Shown here piece by piece: positions 9,039-19,052 of a stretch of 50,678 nucleotides of DNA. Position numbers and translations under genes: made by a program. Position 1 is the first letter of the stretch. Each line of letters opens with the position of its first letter. Source of the DNA: Candidatus Nealsonbacteria bacterium (GTDB lineage Bacteria; Patescibacteriota; Minisyncoccia; Minisyncoccales; PWPS01); the NCBI GenBank assembly GCA_003560095.1, contig PWJI01000010.1, forward strand, positions 1 to 50,678, read 5' to 3'. Under the pieces are notes generated by a model, which saw nothing but the letters and a program-made list of their open reading frames with translations, was not told the origin of the DNA and did not search any database.

Positions 9039-10352
9039 TTAATTATCAGAAGATTCTTCTTCTTTTTCGCTGGTTAGTTTTTTTATTTTTTCTTTAGCTT
9101 TTTTCAATTCTTTCTTTAATTCAATCATTTTAAGTTCTCTGCCAACCATCATTTTACTCATTTTTTCGTATTCTTTTATCTTCTTCTCCATTTCCTCTGT
9201 TCTTTTTTTAACTTCAGCCTCTAGTTTTTCATTTATTTCGCTTAGCTCTTTTGTTCTTGCTTTTACTTTGACTTCCAAAATATCTTTTTCTTCCTCTTTC
9301 TTCTTGCTTATCTTGCCTAAATCATCAACCATTTTATTAAAATTCTCTGCCAATTCCCCAAACTCATCTTTTGATTTTATTTGCGCATAAGAATTAAAAT
9401 CACCTTTTGCAACTCTTTTTGCGGCAATGGAAATGTCTTTTAGGGGTTTCATTACTCTTCTTGAAATGAAAAAAGAAACCAAGATAATGGGCAAAAAGAA
9501 AGCAATTGACAAAAGGAGATAATAGGTTGCCATCTCACTTAAAAGCCAAACTGCACCCTCCCGTGAACGTGCAGTTATTAAATGCCAATTTAGCTCATAA
9601 TCTTCATTCCCAAAATTCATATTTCGAAAATTAGCATTCATTATGCTCCCCTCAAAATGAAACTCTGTACTTCCTTCGCTTCTTTGCAGATTTTGGTGTA
9701 GCGGATAAGCATCCGTTATTTTTTCGAAAATATAATCTCTATCAGAAGAAAATATAATAATCCCATAAGGATTTAAAATAAACACTACTCCTTTTGCTGC
9801 TATTGCCGTATCAATTATTCTAAATAGCCCCCCCATATCAACTTGAACAACAATATAAGAAACATACCTATCTTCTTTAATTTCATGGGGAATAAAAACT
9901 GTTATCGCAGAATCTCTTGACTCAGAAATAATATGAGCCTCTGAAACAATTGTTTGCTCCTCACTCTTTGCCTTTAAAAACCATGGATTTTTAGCCCAAT
10001 CTTCTCTTTCTCCGGTAGAAAAAACTGTTTCTCCGGCCTCATTAACAACAGATATTTTTCTAAAAAAAGATTGATTTTTGGATATTTCTTTTAATGCTTC
10101 TTTTTTTTCTTGAGTAGAATAATTCTTATCTCTTAGTTTATGATTATCAGTAATAAGTTCAGCACTTTTAACTGCATTACTTATAAAAATATCTGCTTTT
10201 ACAGAAATCAAGTCTCCGGTCTCTTTTGCTCTTTCATAATTCGTATTTTGAATATATGAATTAAAAAAATAAAAAAGAAAACCCCCTCCAATAAAGAGAG
10301 GCAAAGACCCTATTAAGATCAAAATAATTATTAGATTAGTCCTAAATTTCAT
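9039..10352 (-). CDS. dCache + HAMP membrane sensor with no enzymatic output domain
   Basis: Two TMs flanking a Cache-like region, HAMP (KPL...DEFGELAENFNKM), coiled coil ending MVGRELKM. Confidence 0.8.
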   Translation of the reverse strand: MKFRTNLIIILILIGSLPLFIGGGFLFYFFNSYIQNTNYERAKETGDLISVKADIFISNAVKSAELITDNHKLRDKNYSTQEKKEALKEISKNQSFFRKISVVNEAGETVFSTGEREDWAKNPWFLKAKSEEQTIVSEAHIISESRDSAITVFIPHEIKEDRYVSYIVVQVDMGGLFRIIDTAIAAKGVVFILNPYGIIIFSSDRDYIFEKITDAYPLHQNLQRSEGSTEFHFEGSIMNANFRNMNFGNEDYELNWHLITARSREGAVWLLSEMATYYLLLSIAFFLPIILVSFFISRRVMKPLKDISIAAKRVAKGDFNSYAQIKSKDEFGELAENFNKMVDDLGKISKKKEEEKDILEVKVKARTKELSEINEKLEAEVKKRTEEMEKKIKEYEKMSKMMVGRELKMIELKKELKKAKEKIKKLTSEKEEESSDN

Positions 10353-10403
10353 TTTATTATTTTTTTATCATTATAGCACACAATAATTAAGAAACCGTAA
10401 ATT

Positions 10404-11075
10404 TTAATCAAGGGAATTTTCGTTTTTTTCTTTCTTTTCTCGTAACTCTTTTAGCTCTTTCTTCATTTCCATCATTCTTAGTTCTCTGCCAACCATGAGT
10501 TTACTCATTTTTTCGTATTCTTTTATTTTCTTATTTAATTCTTTCGTTCTCTCTTGAACCTCATTCTCTAACTTTTCATTCATCTCTTCTATTTCTTTGG
10601 TTCTAGCGCTAACCTGAACCTCTAAGACTTGCTTTTGCTCTTCTAGTGAAATTTGCTCCTTTAATTTTTCCACCATTTTATTAAATCGTTTTGTAAGCTC
10701 TCCTATTTCGTCATTATCATAAATTTTAACCCTCACATCAAAATTACCTTTGGTTACTTTTTTTGTACCACTATCAAGCCTTCTTATTGGCTTGGAAATA
10801 TTTCTAGCCAATAATATAGATCCAAACAAAGAAAGAATAATAACTATAAATAGCGTTAAAAGTGACTGCGTTCCAATATCAGTCATAAGGGGTAAAAATT
10901 CTTTTCCTGCCTCCACAACATTCTTATTTTTATGATTTTCAAAAAAATTTACTAAAGATTGTTGGTATGAAAAATTAATAAGAAAGCCTGCTACAATTAC
11001 AGGAAAGACAGTAAATAAAAAAGAAGATAAAACAAGCTTTCCAAAAACACTTTTTAGCATAGATCTTTTTTTCAT
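10404..11075 (-). CDS. Two-TM HAMP protein with no output domain
   Basis: HAMP (KPIRRL...DEIGELTKRFNKM), coiled coil ending MVGRELRM. Confidence 0.8.
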   Translation of the reverse strand: MKKRSMLKSVFGKLVLSSFLFTVFPVIVAGFLINFSYQQSLVNFFENHKNKNVVEAGKEFLPLMTDIGTQSLLTLFIVIILSLFGSILLARNISKPIRRLDSGTKKVTKGNFDVRVKIYDNDEIGELTKRFNKMVEKLKEQISLEEQKQVLEVQVSARTKEIEEMNEKLENEVQERTKELNKKIKEYEKMSKLMVGRELRMMEMKKELKELREKKEKNENSLD

Positions 11076-11105
11076 TTTATTTTCTTTAAATTTCTTTATA
11101 TATGT

Positions 11106-11819
11106 TTATTCATCCTCTTCAGGCTCCTCTGTTACAAAATAATATATTATCATTGCAGAAACCATGATGCCTATTCTTACAAGGAGAAGAGTTACTCCTT
11201 TTGCTAAAGCAAGTCCATCAAAGACAGCAACCATTGCATAAGTTAAAAATCCTACATTTATTGCCAAAAATTGCTTGTAATAAAAATTACCTTTTTTCCT
11301 CCATCCATTAAACTTTCTTACAAGATCAGCTAATATACAAATAATTGCAGGTATAAATATTCCGTAAACAAAAACTGCATGAGTAAGCATATTTGCATCA
11401 TATTTTGTACCCCATCGATTCACTTCTGCAAGGTCAAATCCATAAATAAACAAACTAGTTACCACGGCAAAAGAAACAAGAGTAAAAATTCCCGAAAACA
11501 AACTTTCCTTATTTTTCTTTTTATAAAAAAATAAATTGCCATAAAAATAAAAAAGAGGAAGAATATGTAAATACGTAAGTGGCCCAACAAACCACTTCCA
11601 AGAGAGCATATCAAGCTCAGGAAAACCCAACCAAAAAAATAAATTTCTTAGTCCTACGGAAAGCCAAAGCAAGCCAAAAAATAACAAAAAATAATCAAGA
11701 TTTTTGTTCCATAAAACCTTTTTTTTGCTTCTTAGTGAATTTATTTTCCAAAAAACAAAAACTCCACTTCCTCCGGCAAAAAAACAAACAACAACATTAT
11801 ATAAAACTCCTATATCCAT
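11106..11819 (-). CDS. Approximately 7-TM integral membrane protein (standalone sensor-like module)
   Basis: About seven hydrophobic segments and no soluble domain; directly upstream of the HAMP genes. Confidence 0.65.
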   Translation of the reverse strand: MDIGVLYNVVVCFFAGGSGVFVFWKINSLRSKKKVLWNKNLDYFLLFFGLLWLSVGLRNLFFWLGFPELDMLSWKWFVGPLTYLHILPLFYFYGNLFFYKKKNKESLFSGIFTLVSFAVVTSLFIYGFDLAEVNRWGTKYDANMLTHAVFVYGIFIPAIICILADLVRKFNGWRKKGNFYYKQFLAINVGFLTYAMVAVFDGLALAKGVTLLLVRIGIMVSAMIIYYFVTEEPEEDE

Positions 11820-11847
11820 AATTATTAATTCTTATAAAAACAAAAAA

Positions 11848-12513
11848 TTATTCTTTTATTATTTTCTTTATAAAATCAGCTTCTTCTTTTGTCCTTGATA
11901 TAGAATAATACAATCTCGGCACTCTGGAAAGTCTAACCCTTTCTTCGTTTTCTTGTATTACATGAACAAGGCTTCCTTTTTCTTCGTTTTCCGGAGATGT
12001 TATTACAACCCCCTTTTTTAAATAATCTTCTACTTGCTTAACCTCCCTAATGTTGGAAGAAGAGATATGCTCAAATTCCTCTATAATCTCAGTAGAAGAA
12101 AGATCAGTAAAAAACATGAACTTATTCATATCTTCTTTCAAGAGAATAAACTCCTCATAAAAAAGAAAAACATACCCCGGACCAATAATCAATGAAGGAA
12201 AATACTTCTCTCCTTTTAAAACACCTCTTCCTGAAATAGAAAAATCGGCCAAACCATCTTGCATTGCTTGAAAGTTTTCCTTTGTAGAGTTTGTTTTTTT
12301 TACAGAAAAACCTTCTTTTTTTAAATCGTCAAGAATATAGTAAAAAGTTGGGCAAGCCGCTACGGTTATATTACTAAAATCTTCATTATCAATGCCTTTA
12401 AGTTCGCCTATGGGATAATTTTTAAAAAGACGAGATAAGGGAAAGGTAAAAAGAATTACTATTCCTATTAAAATTACTAAAATGCTTTTTTTTTGGTTAT
12501 TGATTTTTTTCAT
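11848..12513 (-). CDS. Membrane-anchored hypothetical protein, possibly periplasmic-binding-protein type 2-like
   Basis: N-terminal TM; ITVAACPT...GLADFSISGR resembles a PBP2 pattern. Confidence 0.5.
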   Translation of the reverse strand: MKKINNQKKSILVILIGIVILFTFPLSRLFKNYPIGELKGIDNEDFSNITVAACPTFYYILDDLKKEGFSVKKTNSTKENFQAMQDGLADFSISGRGVLKGEKYFPSLIIGPGYVFLFYEEFILLKEDMNKFMFFTDLSSTEIIEEFEHISSSNIREVKQVEDYLKKGVVITSPENEEKGSLVHVIQENEERVRLSRVPRLYYSISRTKEEADFIKKIIKE

Positions 12514-12521
12514 TTCAAGGA

Positions 12522-12902
12522 TTAAAAATCACATTCAGTTTTTTGAGCAAACTCTTCTGGAGAAAGATACCCTTCGTAAAAAAGATTTCCTTTAAGCTGT
12601 GTTTCGGGAACAACTCCTGTTAGTTTTTCCTCTCTGCATCGATGGTTCTCTTCTTGACAATCTACATAAATAGGATTTATCTTTTCGCGCCCCCCAAAAC
12701 TCTCTACAAGAGCATTACAGGCAGCGCAAAAAGGCTCCCCGTAAATAACAATTCCTTCTTCTTTCAGACACTCTACAAACTCTTTAAAAGCCATTGTGCC
12801 ATCATTTTCGCCCTCTTCTGTCTTGCTTATTTCTCTAAAGTAAAAAAAACCAAAAATAGAAAGAAAAGCAGCAATAATAAGTAAAATATCTCTTTCTTTC
12901 AT
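12522..12902 (-). CDS. Membrane-anchored thioredoxin-fold protein (CAAC)
   Basis: CLKEEGIVIYGEPFCAAC...YVDC; paralogue of 5717-6214. Confidence 0.7.
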   Translation of the reverse strand: MKERDILLIIAAFLSIFGFFYFREISKTEEGENDGTMAFKEFVECLKEEGIVIYGEPFCAACNALVESFGGREKINPIYVDCQEENHRCREEKLTGVVPETQLKGNLFYEGYLSPEEFAQKTECDF

Positions 12903-12914
12903 TTTCCTATTTTT

Positions 12915-13604
12915 TTAGTAAAAAATCATTTCATCAGTAACTTCCATGTGAGAGGGTATTTCAAAAACCTCGTCAGATATATCATTTATTTCTATTTCTG
13001 AAACTTCAATAACTCTTTCTCCCCCAAAAGCTTCTTCTTTTATTTTAATAGGTAGGCCTTTTTCTTCCCAAATCCACATTTTTATCATCTCTTCCATTTC
13101 ATCTTCATATTCAATAACAAAACATCTTTTTTCTTCTATGCTTTCAATGGCAACAAAATCTAAATCATAGTCGTTTAAGGAATGAATTTTTCTTGATACA
13201 TCATAATAATATAGCCTATCTTTTGATTCACCAGGCAGTATGGTAGCTTTGCGTGAACCAGCATTATAGGTATAAACATCCCCTTCTTTGTCAATTAAAT
13301 TAATTGTTTTTAGTCCCCCAATATCCATTTCTATCTTTAATTTATCTCCCTTTTTCCAAAAATCAACAACGATAATGCCCTCAGGAGAAGACTCTTTTAA
13401 TTGATAATATAAAGAATCTATTTCCTTGCCTTTTTTTATAACATTTTCAAACTCCTTAATGTCTTCCTCTTTGAACTCCTTTTCAGAAAGCTCCTCTTTT
13501 TCACCAGGCAAAGTTTTCTCTTCTTCATCTCTTAGGAAAAAAATTAGACCTATGCCCAAAAAAACAATTATTGCTATAAAAATAATAATATTTTTATTTT
13601 TCAT
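12915..13604 (-). CDS. LolA/DUF4412-like exported beta protein
   Basis: WKKGDKLKIE...CFVIEY...KMWIWEEKGLPIK...FEIP. Confidence 0.6.
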   Translation of the reverse strand: MKNKNIIIFIAIIVFLGIGLIFFLRDEEEKTLPGEKEELSEKEFKEEDIKEFENVIKKGKEIDSLYYQLKESSPEGIIVVDFWKKGDKLKIEMDIGGLKTINLIDKEGDVYTYNAGSRKATILPGESKDRLYYYDVSRKIHSLNDYDLDFVAIESIEEKRCFVIEYEDEMEEMIKMWIWEEKGLPIKIKEEAFGGERVIEVSEIEINDISDEVFEIPSHMEVTDEMIFY

Positions 13605-13647
13605 ATTTTTATTTTATTTCTATTTTTTGTAAATAAGTATCTTTAAG

Positions 13648-14958
13648 TTAATTTCTGCCAATAAATTCTTTTCCTATATAAGGCCTTAATACTTCAGGAA
13701 CTTTAATAGATCCGTCTTTTTGCTGATAGCTTTCCATAATAGCAATTAATATTCTTGGCGATGCTATCGCGGTATTATTGAGTGCAAAAGCATATTTTTT
13801 TTCTCCTTCGTTGCTTAAATATTTTATATTCAATCTCCTCGTTTGCCAGCTTGTCAAATTAGAGTCTGAGTGAGTTTCTCCATAAGAATTTCTTGATGGC
13901 ATCCACGTTTCAATATCATACATCTTATATTTTCCCGCACCCATATCCGCAGTACAAATTTTAATAACTCTATACGGAAGATTCAATTCCCGCAAAATTT
14001 CTTCTGAAATGTTTCTCATTTCTTCTAAGTAACCATTGGATTCTTCTATGCTGTCTTTGCATATTACAACTTGTTCCACTTTCATAAATTCATGAATTCG
14101 ATAAAGCCCTTTGACATCTTTCCCGTAACTACCTACTTCTGATCGATAGCATTGAGAAATACCACAAACTTTCTCGGGTAAATCTTTTTCCTTTATAACC
14201 TTATCTGCATAATAAGCCAAGAGAGAGGGCTCTGAGGTTCCCACTAAATATTTAGGGGTTTTTATCTCTTCTCCGCTATCTAATTTTCCAGGATTTCCAA
14301 TCTGATACACTTCATCTTTATCAAAAGGAAAGTGCCCGCTTCCCGTCAAAGCGAACCCATTAACCAAAGTTGGTGGCAAGAGAGGAGAAAATCCTTTCTG
14401 TATAAGTTTTTTAAGTGAGTACCAAAGAATTCCAAAATGAAGAAGAACTGCTTCGTTTTTTAAATAATAACCCCTAAACCCGGAAACCTTTGCTCCTGCC
14501 TTTAAATCAATAAGATTTAAACTTTCTCCAAGCTCTATATGGCTTTTTGCTTGAAAATCAAATACCGGAACATTTCCCCATTTTTTTTCCTCAACATTGT
14601 CGTCTTCGCTTTTTCCTACCGGAGTATCGGGAGAGGGAACATTGGGGACAAAAAGCATCATTTTCTGAAACTCGTTGTCAATTTTTCTAAAATCTTCTTC
14701 TTTTATTTTTATATCTTCTTTTATTTTTTTCCCTTTTTCTATAAGTTCTTTTCTTTTTTGGGTATCCTTTTTCTCTATTTTCTTTATCTCTTCAACATTT
14801 TTATTTCTATAATTACGAAAATCCTCTATTTCTTTTAAGAGCTTTTTTCTTTTAAAATTTAATTCCAAGAGCCTGTCTATATCAACGTCAATTTGCTTTA
14901 CTTTTACTGCCTCTTTTACTTTTTCTTTGTTTTTTTCAATAAACTTAATATCTAGCAT
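13648..14958 (-). CDS. serS: Serine--tRNA ligase
   Basis: MLDIKFI start, N-terminal coiled coil, GTSE, CYRSE, GLYRIHEFMKVEQ, LNNTAIASPR. Confidence 0.97.
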   Translation of the reverse strand: MLDIKFIEKNKEKVKEAVKVKQIDVDIDRLLELNFKRKKLLKEIEDFRNYRNKNVEEIKKIEKKDTQKRKELIEKGKKIKEDIKIKEEDFRKIDNEFQKMMLFVPNVPSPDTPVGKSEDDNVEEKKWGNVPVFDFQAKSHIELGESLNLIDLKAGAKVSGFRGYYLKNEAVLLHFGILWYSLKKLIQKGFSPLLPPTLVNGFALTGSGHFPFDKDEVYQIGNPGKLDSGEEIKTPKYLVGTSEPSLLAYYADKVIKEKDLPEKVCGISQCYRSEVGSYGKDVKGLYRIHEFMKVEQVVICKDSIEESNGYLEEMRNISEEILRELNLPYRVIKICTADMGAGKYKMYDIETWMPSRNSYGETHSDSNLTSWQTRRLNIKYLSNEGEKKYAFALNNTAIASPRILIAIMESYQQKDGSIKVPEVLRPYIGKEFIGRN

Positions 14959-15067
14959 AATAACACTCCATTTATTTTTAATTCTTTTTTACATTATAGA
15001 CATTATTAGCAAAAAAGAAAGTTTAATTTTCCAAAAAAGAGATTTTCATAAATCTCTTTAAGATTTA

Positions 15068-15481
15068 TCATTGCAAGCAACGAACTTTTTCTTCTATTAT
15101 GTGGCACTCATAGAACTCTTCTTCTTTTTTAAGAAAATAAACTCCATCTGAAGATTTGACGATATCATTCTCTCTTACTTGCCTATATTCATTATACCCT
15201 TGAAAAAAAATAAAATCTTCTTTTTTTTCTTCGTTTTCTTCTAAAAAAGCAATAAAACAATCTCTTGCATCTTTGTTTGTTTTAATTTTTTCAGGACAAC
15301 TATACAAAACAACTTCTTCTTTTTGACCAATATCACTCGTCACTCTTACGGTCCTATGGGTAACAACTTCTCCTAAATCACCCTTTATAAAATTAGTAAA
15401 AGACGAGACAACAAGGACCGCAACAAGTGCAAATAAAAAAATTATTAAAATTCCCAGTACGCTATTTGTTTTATTATCCAT
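15068..15481 (-). CDS. Hypothetical membrane-anchored protein
   Basis: N-terminal TM and 4 Cys. Confidence 0.6.
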   Translation of the reverse strand: MDNKTNSVLGILIIFLFALVAVLVVSSFTNFIKGDLGEVVTHRTVRVTSDIGQKEEVVLYSCPEKIKTNKDARDCFIAFLEENEEKKEDFIFFQGYNEYRQVRENDIVKSSDGVYFLKKEEEFYECHIIEEKVRCLQ

Positions 15482-15538
15482 AAATTTCAAGAATAAAAAC
15501 TTTTATTAATTTTGGTTATGCTTTTATGTCTTAAGAGA

Positions 15539-15964
15539 TTAAAAACTACACGAAGAAAAATTTTCTATCTCTTTTATTGTGAGTACTCCTCTTACTTTCT
15601 CTCCTTTTTTGGGGAAATTCCATGTAGGAAAATTTTTTATTTTTTTAGCTTGACACTGAAAAGAAAGCTCTTCTTTTTCTGATTCAATACAATTAAAGTA
15701 AAGAAAATCTGCTTCATTTCCAAGGATATTTTTTTGCAGCTTAGTGGAGTCATCTTTATCGGATCCATAAAATTTTACCCCCTCCTCTTTTAGACAAAGA
15801 TAAAAATATTTTAGATCTTCTTTTCGATTTACGTTTTCTCTTTGATAAAGCGCTGCAAAAGAAAAATCACCAAAACCTTCTTCTGTTTGGGTATCTAATA
15901 AAATTAATAAAGAAACACTCACCAAAAAAAATATAAATATTTTCAAAATAATTTTTTTTCTCAT
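15539..15964 (-). CDS. Degenerate thioredoxin-fold protein lacking CxxC
   Basis: CLKEEGVKFYG followed by SDKDDST where the paralogues have CxxC; C...IKNFPTW. Confidence 0.6.
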   Translation of the reverse strand: MRKKIILKIFIFFLVSVSLLILLDTQTEEGFGDFSFAALYQRENVNRKEDLKYFYLCLKEEGVKFYGSDKDDSTKLQKNILGNEADFLYFNCIESEKEELSFQCQAKKIKNFPTWNFPKKGEKVRGVLTIKEIENFSSCSF

Positions 15965-17403
15965 TGCTCGGAAGAAAATATCTTTTCAAATTGATCCATT
16001 TTGTTGTAAACTTGAATAGTTTTTAGATTATACAACTCTTTTACATCTTGGTAAACCCCATATTCGGTTCCTCTTGCCGCTTTATATCCAGCACTTTCTA
16101 CTCTATCTAAAACTTCATAATTTAAAGCACCGTAAGGGTAAGCAAAAAAATCAATACTTACATCCAGTTTTCTTTGGAAAAAGTCCCTACTTCCAACTAT
16201 TTCAATTAAGAGACCTTCTTTACCTTCTTTGCTTAAATTGGGGTGATTCATGCTATGAGAACCTATTTCCATTCCATGCTCTATTAGCTCATTAACGTTA
16301 TTCCAATCCATGAACATTCCTCCTCCAATATAATTTCCAACCAAAAAAAACGTTGCTACAAAATCATATTCCTTAAGTACCGGAAAAGCATTTTCGTATT
16401 GATTCTTCCACCCGTCATCAAAGCTAATAATCAAATAATTTTCCGGAATCTCTTTGCCGTTATTTAAAAGATCTATAAATTTCTCAAAAGTAATCGGATT
16501 GTAGTTATTTTCATAAAGATATTTCATTTGCTCTTTAAACATAGAGGGGGTTACTGTTAAGTCTTTCCACTCCTTGCTGGCATCTTCAGGAAGATCTTCT
16601 ATGTGATGATACATTAAAATAGGCATTCTCAAGAAAGAAGACTCGTTCGTTTTTTTTCTTAAAGTAAAATAATTCTCACTTCTTTTTTTAATTAAATCAT
16701 CATTCCATATATACTCTATTTTTATTTTTACTTCTTTTTTTTCTGGAAGCACTTCTTTCGGAAACCACAAAAAATTCTCTAAAGAGCAATCTACATTTTT
16801 TTTAATTTCTTCTTTTTTATTTTCTTCACTTATAATATAAAAATCAATAGTTTCCTGTTTCATTTGAGAGGGGCAAGTCCATTTTATCTCATAACCTTCT
16901 CCGATAAAAACATTTTCTTTCACAGAAGAAGAAAAAAATATTTCAGGATAACTACTGCTTCCCGTAACCTCTTTCTCTTTTGCCACTTCTTCCTTCAAAG
17001 AGCTTTCTTCAAAAAACATTTTCAGCTCTCTTTTAATACTATCTTCCTTTCTGGCAACTTCTAAATTCTTTTCGTGCTCTTTATGGCTTAAAAAAACAAT
17101 AACACCTCCCCCCAAAAAAAAGACAATTAAAAAGCCTGTCAAAAATAAAATAATTTTATCAAGCCTTTCTTTTTTAAATTGATTATTTTCTCTTAGGGGG
17201 TTCGCTTTTTCTTCTTTTTGAATTATATTTCCACTTATTATTTTATCGAGAATTTCTTTGGAAGAAGTATTCCCCTGTTCTTTTCTAAGAAGAGCATCTC
17301 TATTTATTTCACTTTGTTTTATAATTTCTTGCAAAATAATATCATCAGAAAATCCCGCCTTTCTTGCTCTTTCTATAAATTCTATGATATTTTTTTCTTG
17401 CAT
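15961..17403 (-). CDS. Membrane-anchored polysaccharide deacetylase (CE4/NodB)
   Basis: PILMYHH, SFDDG, GSHSMNH, FAYPYG. Confidence 0.92.
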   Translation of the reverse strand: MQEKNIIEFIERARKAGFSDDIILQEIIKQSEINRDALLRKEQGNTSSKEILDKIISGNIIQKEEKANPLRENNQFKKERLDKIILFLTGFLIVFFLGGGVIVFLSHKEHEKNLEVARKEDSIKRELKMFFEESSLKEEVAKEKEVTGSSSYPEIFFSSSVKENVFIGEGYEIKWTCPSQMKQETIDFYIISEENKKEEIKKNVDCSLENFLWFPKEVLPEKKEVKIKIEYIWNDDLIKKRSENYFTLRKKTNESSFLRMPILMYHHIEDLPEDASKEWKDLTVTPSMFKEQMKYLYENNYNPITFEKFIDLLNNGKEIPENYLIISFDDGWKNQYENAFPVLKEYDFVATFFLVGNYIGGGMFMDWNNVNELIEHGMEIGSHSMNHPNLSKEGKEGLLIEIVGSRDFFQRKLDVSIDFFAYPYGALNYEVLDRVESAGYKAARGTEYGVYQDVKELYNLKTIQVYNKMDQFEKIFSSEQ

Positions 17404-17420
17404 ATTATAAAAATATTAAT

Positions 17421-19046
17421 TTACCCTCCAAACAGATTTTTCATCATTTCATCCCACCTATTATCAATAGAGGCTCCTATATTTATAAGATCATTACACC
17501 TTTCTTTAAAAATTTTAACATTTTCTTTTGCCCGAAAATTTTCATTAACACCTTTAATCGCCAAATCAAATTCTTCCAGCGCATTTTTACATTTTTTTTC
17601 ATGCATAAAGTAAAGCCCTCTTTTAAAATGATTATAATAATCTCCCTTACTTTCCTGAGAAAAAATGTCACTCATTTCTTTAAATAGATTAATTGGAATG
17701 GCACGAGAAAACGAATCTCCCGTCATCCCTTCCATCTCGGGTGTTCCTACTGAAAGTATTGCAATGACCTCTCCGGCTTCATTGATAATAGGGCTTCCAC
17801 TAGATCCCGGAGAAGCTTTTGCATCTGTTTCAATATAATCAAACTGCCCCTTTGGCTCTGTTTTTAGGGCAGTAATAACTCCGGAAGTAAAAGAAGGTCT
17901 CAAATAACTTCTTCCAATTCTTATGCTTGGAAAAATGTTTGCCTTTTTGAAATTTCCTCTCATGAAATTATGCCTTGTGTCCATTATTCCGCTAGTCGCA
18001 GGAAATCCAAAATTATAAATAGAGCCCCCTATCCTTGCCGAGCTTGAATCACCCAAATAAGCAGCTGGGAGATTTTCTTCTTCTATCTTTATAAGAGCCA
18101 CATCTTTGTAATTGTAAAACCACTCTAAGTCAAATTCTAAAATTTCAAAAGGAAAACCCTCTTGTGTTAATTCATTTATCCTTTCGCTTTCAGAGGAAGG
18201 ATTAAAAACTATTCCCTTTTCTTGAACATCAAAGCTCATTACGTTTAAAATCCCTTCTATAGAAGCCCTCATCATGTTTGCAGCTTCTTGAAAGTCAGCT
18301 TCTTGAAATACCTCCTCCACTCTTTTCTCAACTCTCTGAGCCTCCTCATGTCTTCCCTCCCAAATAAGGTTAATTTGCTCTTCCATTATCGCAGAAGCAA
18401 AAATTTGAAGTGCCAGAGACTTCTTAATATAATCACTATTTACAACATGAGCATTTGTTAAAATAAGTCCATGAGGATCAACAACAAAACCGGTTCCTTC
18501 CCAATAAATTTCCTCAAGCGGAAGAACACTGGTCTCTCCGGTAAAAGATCTAGTCACGTGAAAATTTTCTAAATTTATATTAAAGGGTTCAATTTCAACA
18601 TTTCCACTAATAGCATAGCCAATTTTAACAACCGAGGGCTCAATAATTCCGGCAACCTCTGATCTACTCAACTGAAAATTGGCAAAATCTCTTTCGGTTA
18701 TTTCTTTTGATAAAGGAGTGCGAAAATAAAAAAATAAAAAAGCAAACACTCCTCCAAAAAATAAAAATGTCCCCAAAAAAACATATTTTAATTTGCTTTT
18801 TAAGGGAGCTTTAATATTTCCCGAAAAAGGTTTTAGAAGAGAATAAGGATTGCTTTCTTCTTTTTTGTCTTGAATTATTTCATCAAGAATCTCTCCTTCT
18901 TTTAGCCCTCTTTTTTCTAAGATATTAAAAAAAGATAGCTTTTTAGGATTTTTGTTTTTTATTATTCTTACTATTTCCTCATCGCTTACGCCTCTTTCCC
19001 TTGCCTTTAAAATTGCCTCAGCAATATTTTTTTTATTTTTACTCAT
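17421..19046 (-). CDS. Membrane-anchored trypsin-like serine protease with a C-terminal TPR-like helix pair
   Basis: GTGFVV, TNAHV, KDVAL, PGSSGSP catalytic triad motifs; no PDZ domain. Confidence 0.88.
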   Translation of the reverse strand: MSKNKKNIAEAILKARERGVSDEEIVRIIKNKNPKKLSFFNILEKRGLKEGEILDEIIQDKKEESNPYSLLKPFSGNIKAPLKSKLKYVFLGTFLFFGGVFAFLFFYFRTPLSKEITERDFANFQLSRSEVAGIIEPSVVKIGYAISGNVEIEPFNINLENFHVTRSFTGETSVLPLEEIYWEGTGFVVDPHGLILTNAHVVNSDYIKKSLALQIFASAIMEEQINLIWEGRHEEAQRVEKRVEEVFQEADFQEAANMMRASIEGILNVMSFDVQEKGIVFNPSSESERINELTQEGFPFEILEFDLEWFYNYKDVALIKIEEENLPAAYLGDSSSARIGGSIYNFGFPATSGIMDTRHNFMRGNFKKANIFPSIRIGRSYLRPSFTSGVITALKTEPKGQFDYIETDAKASPGSSGSPIINEAGEVIAILSVGTPEMEGMTGDSFSRAIPINLFKEMSDIFSQESKGDYYNHFKRGLYFMHEKKCKNALEEFDLAIKGVNENFRAKENVKIFKERCNDLINIGASIDNRWDEMMKNLFGG

Positions 19047-19052
19047 AGAGCC

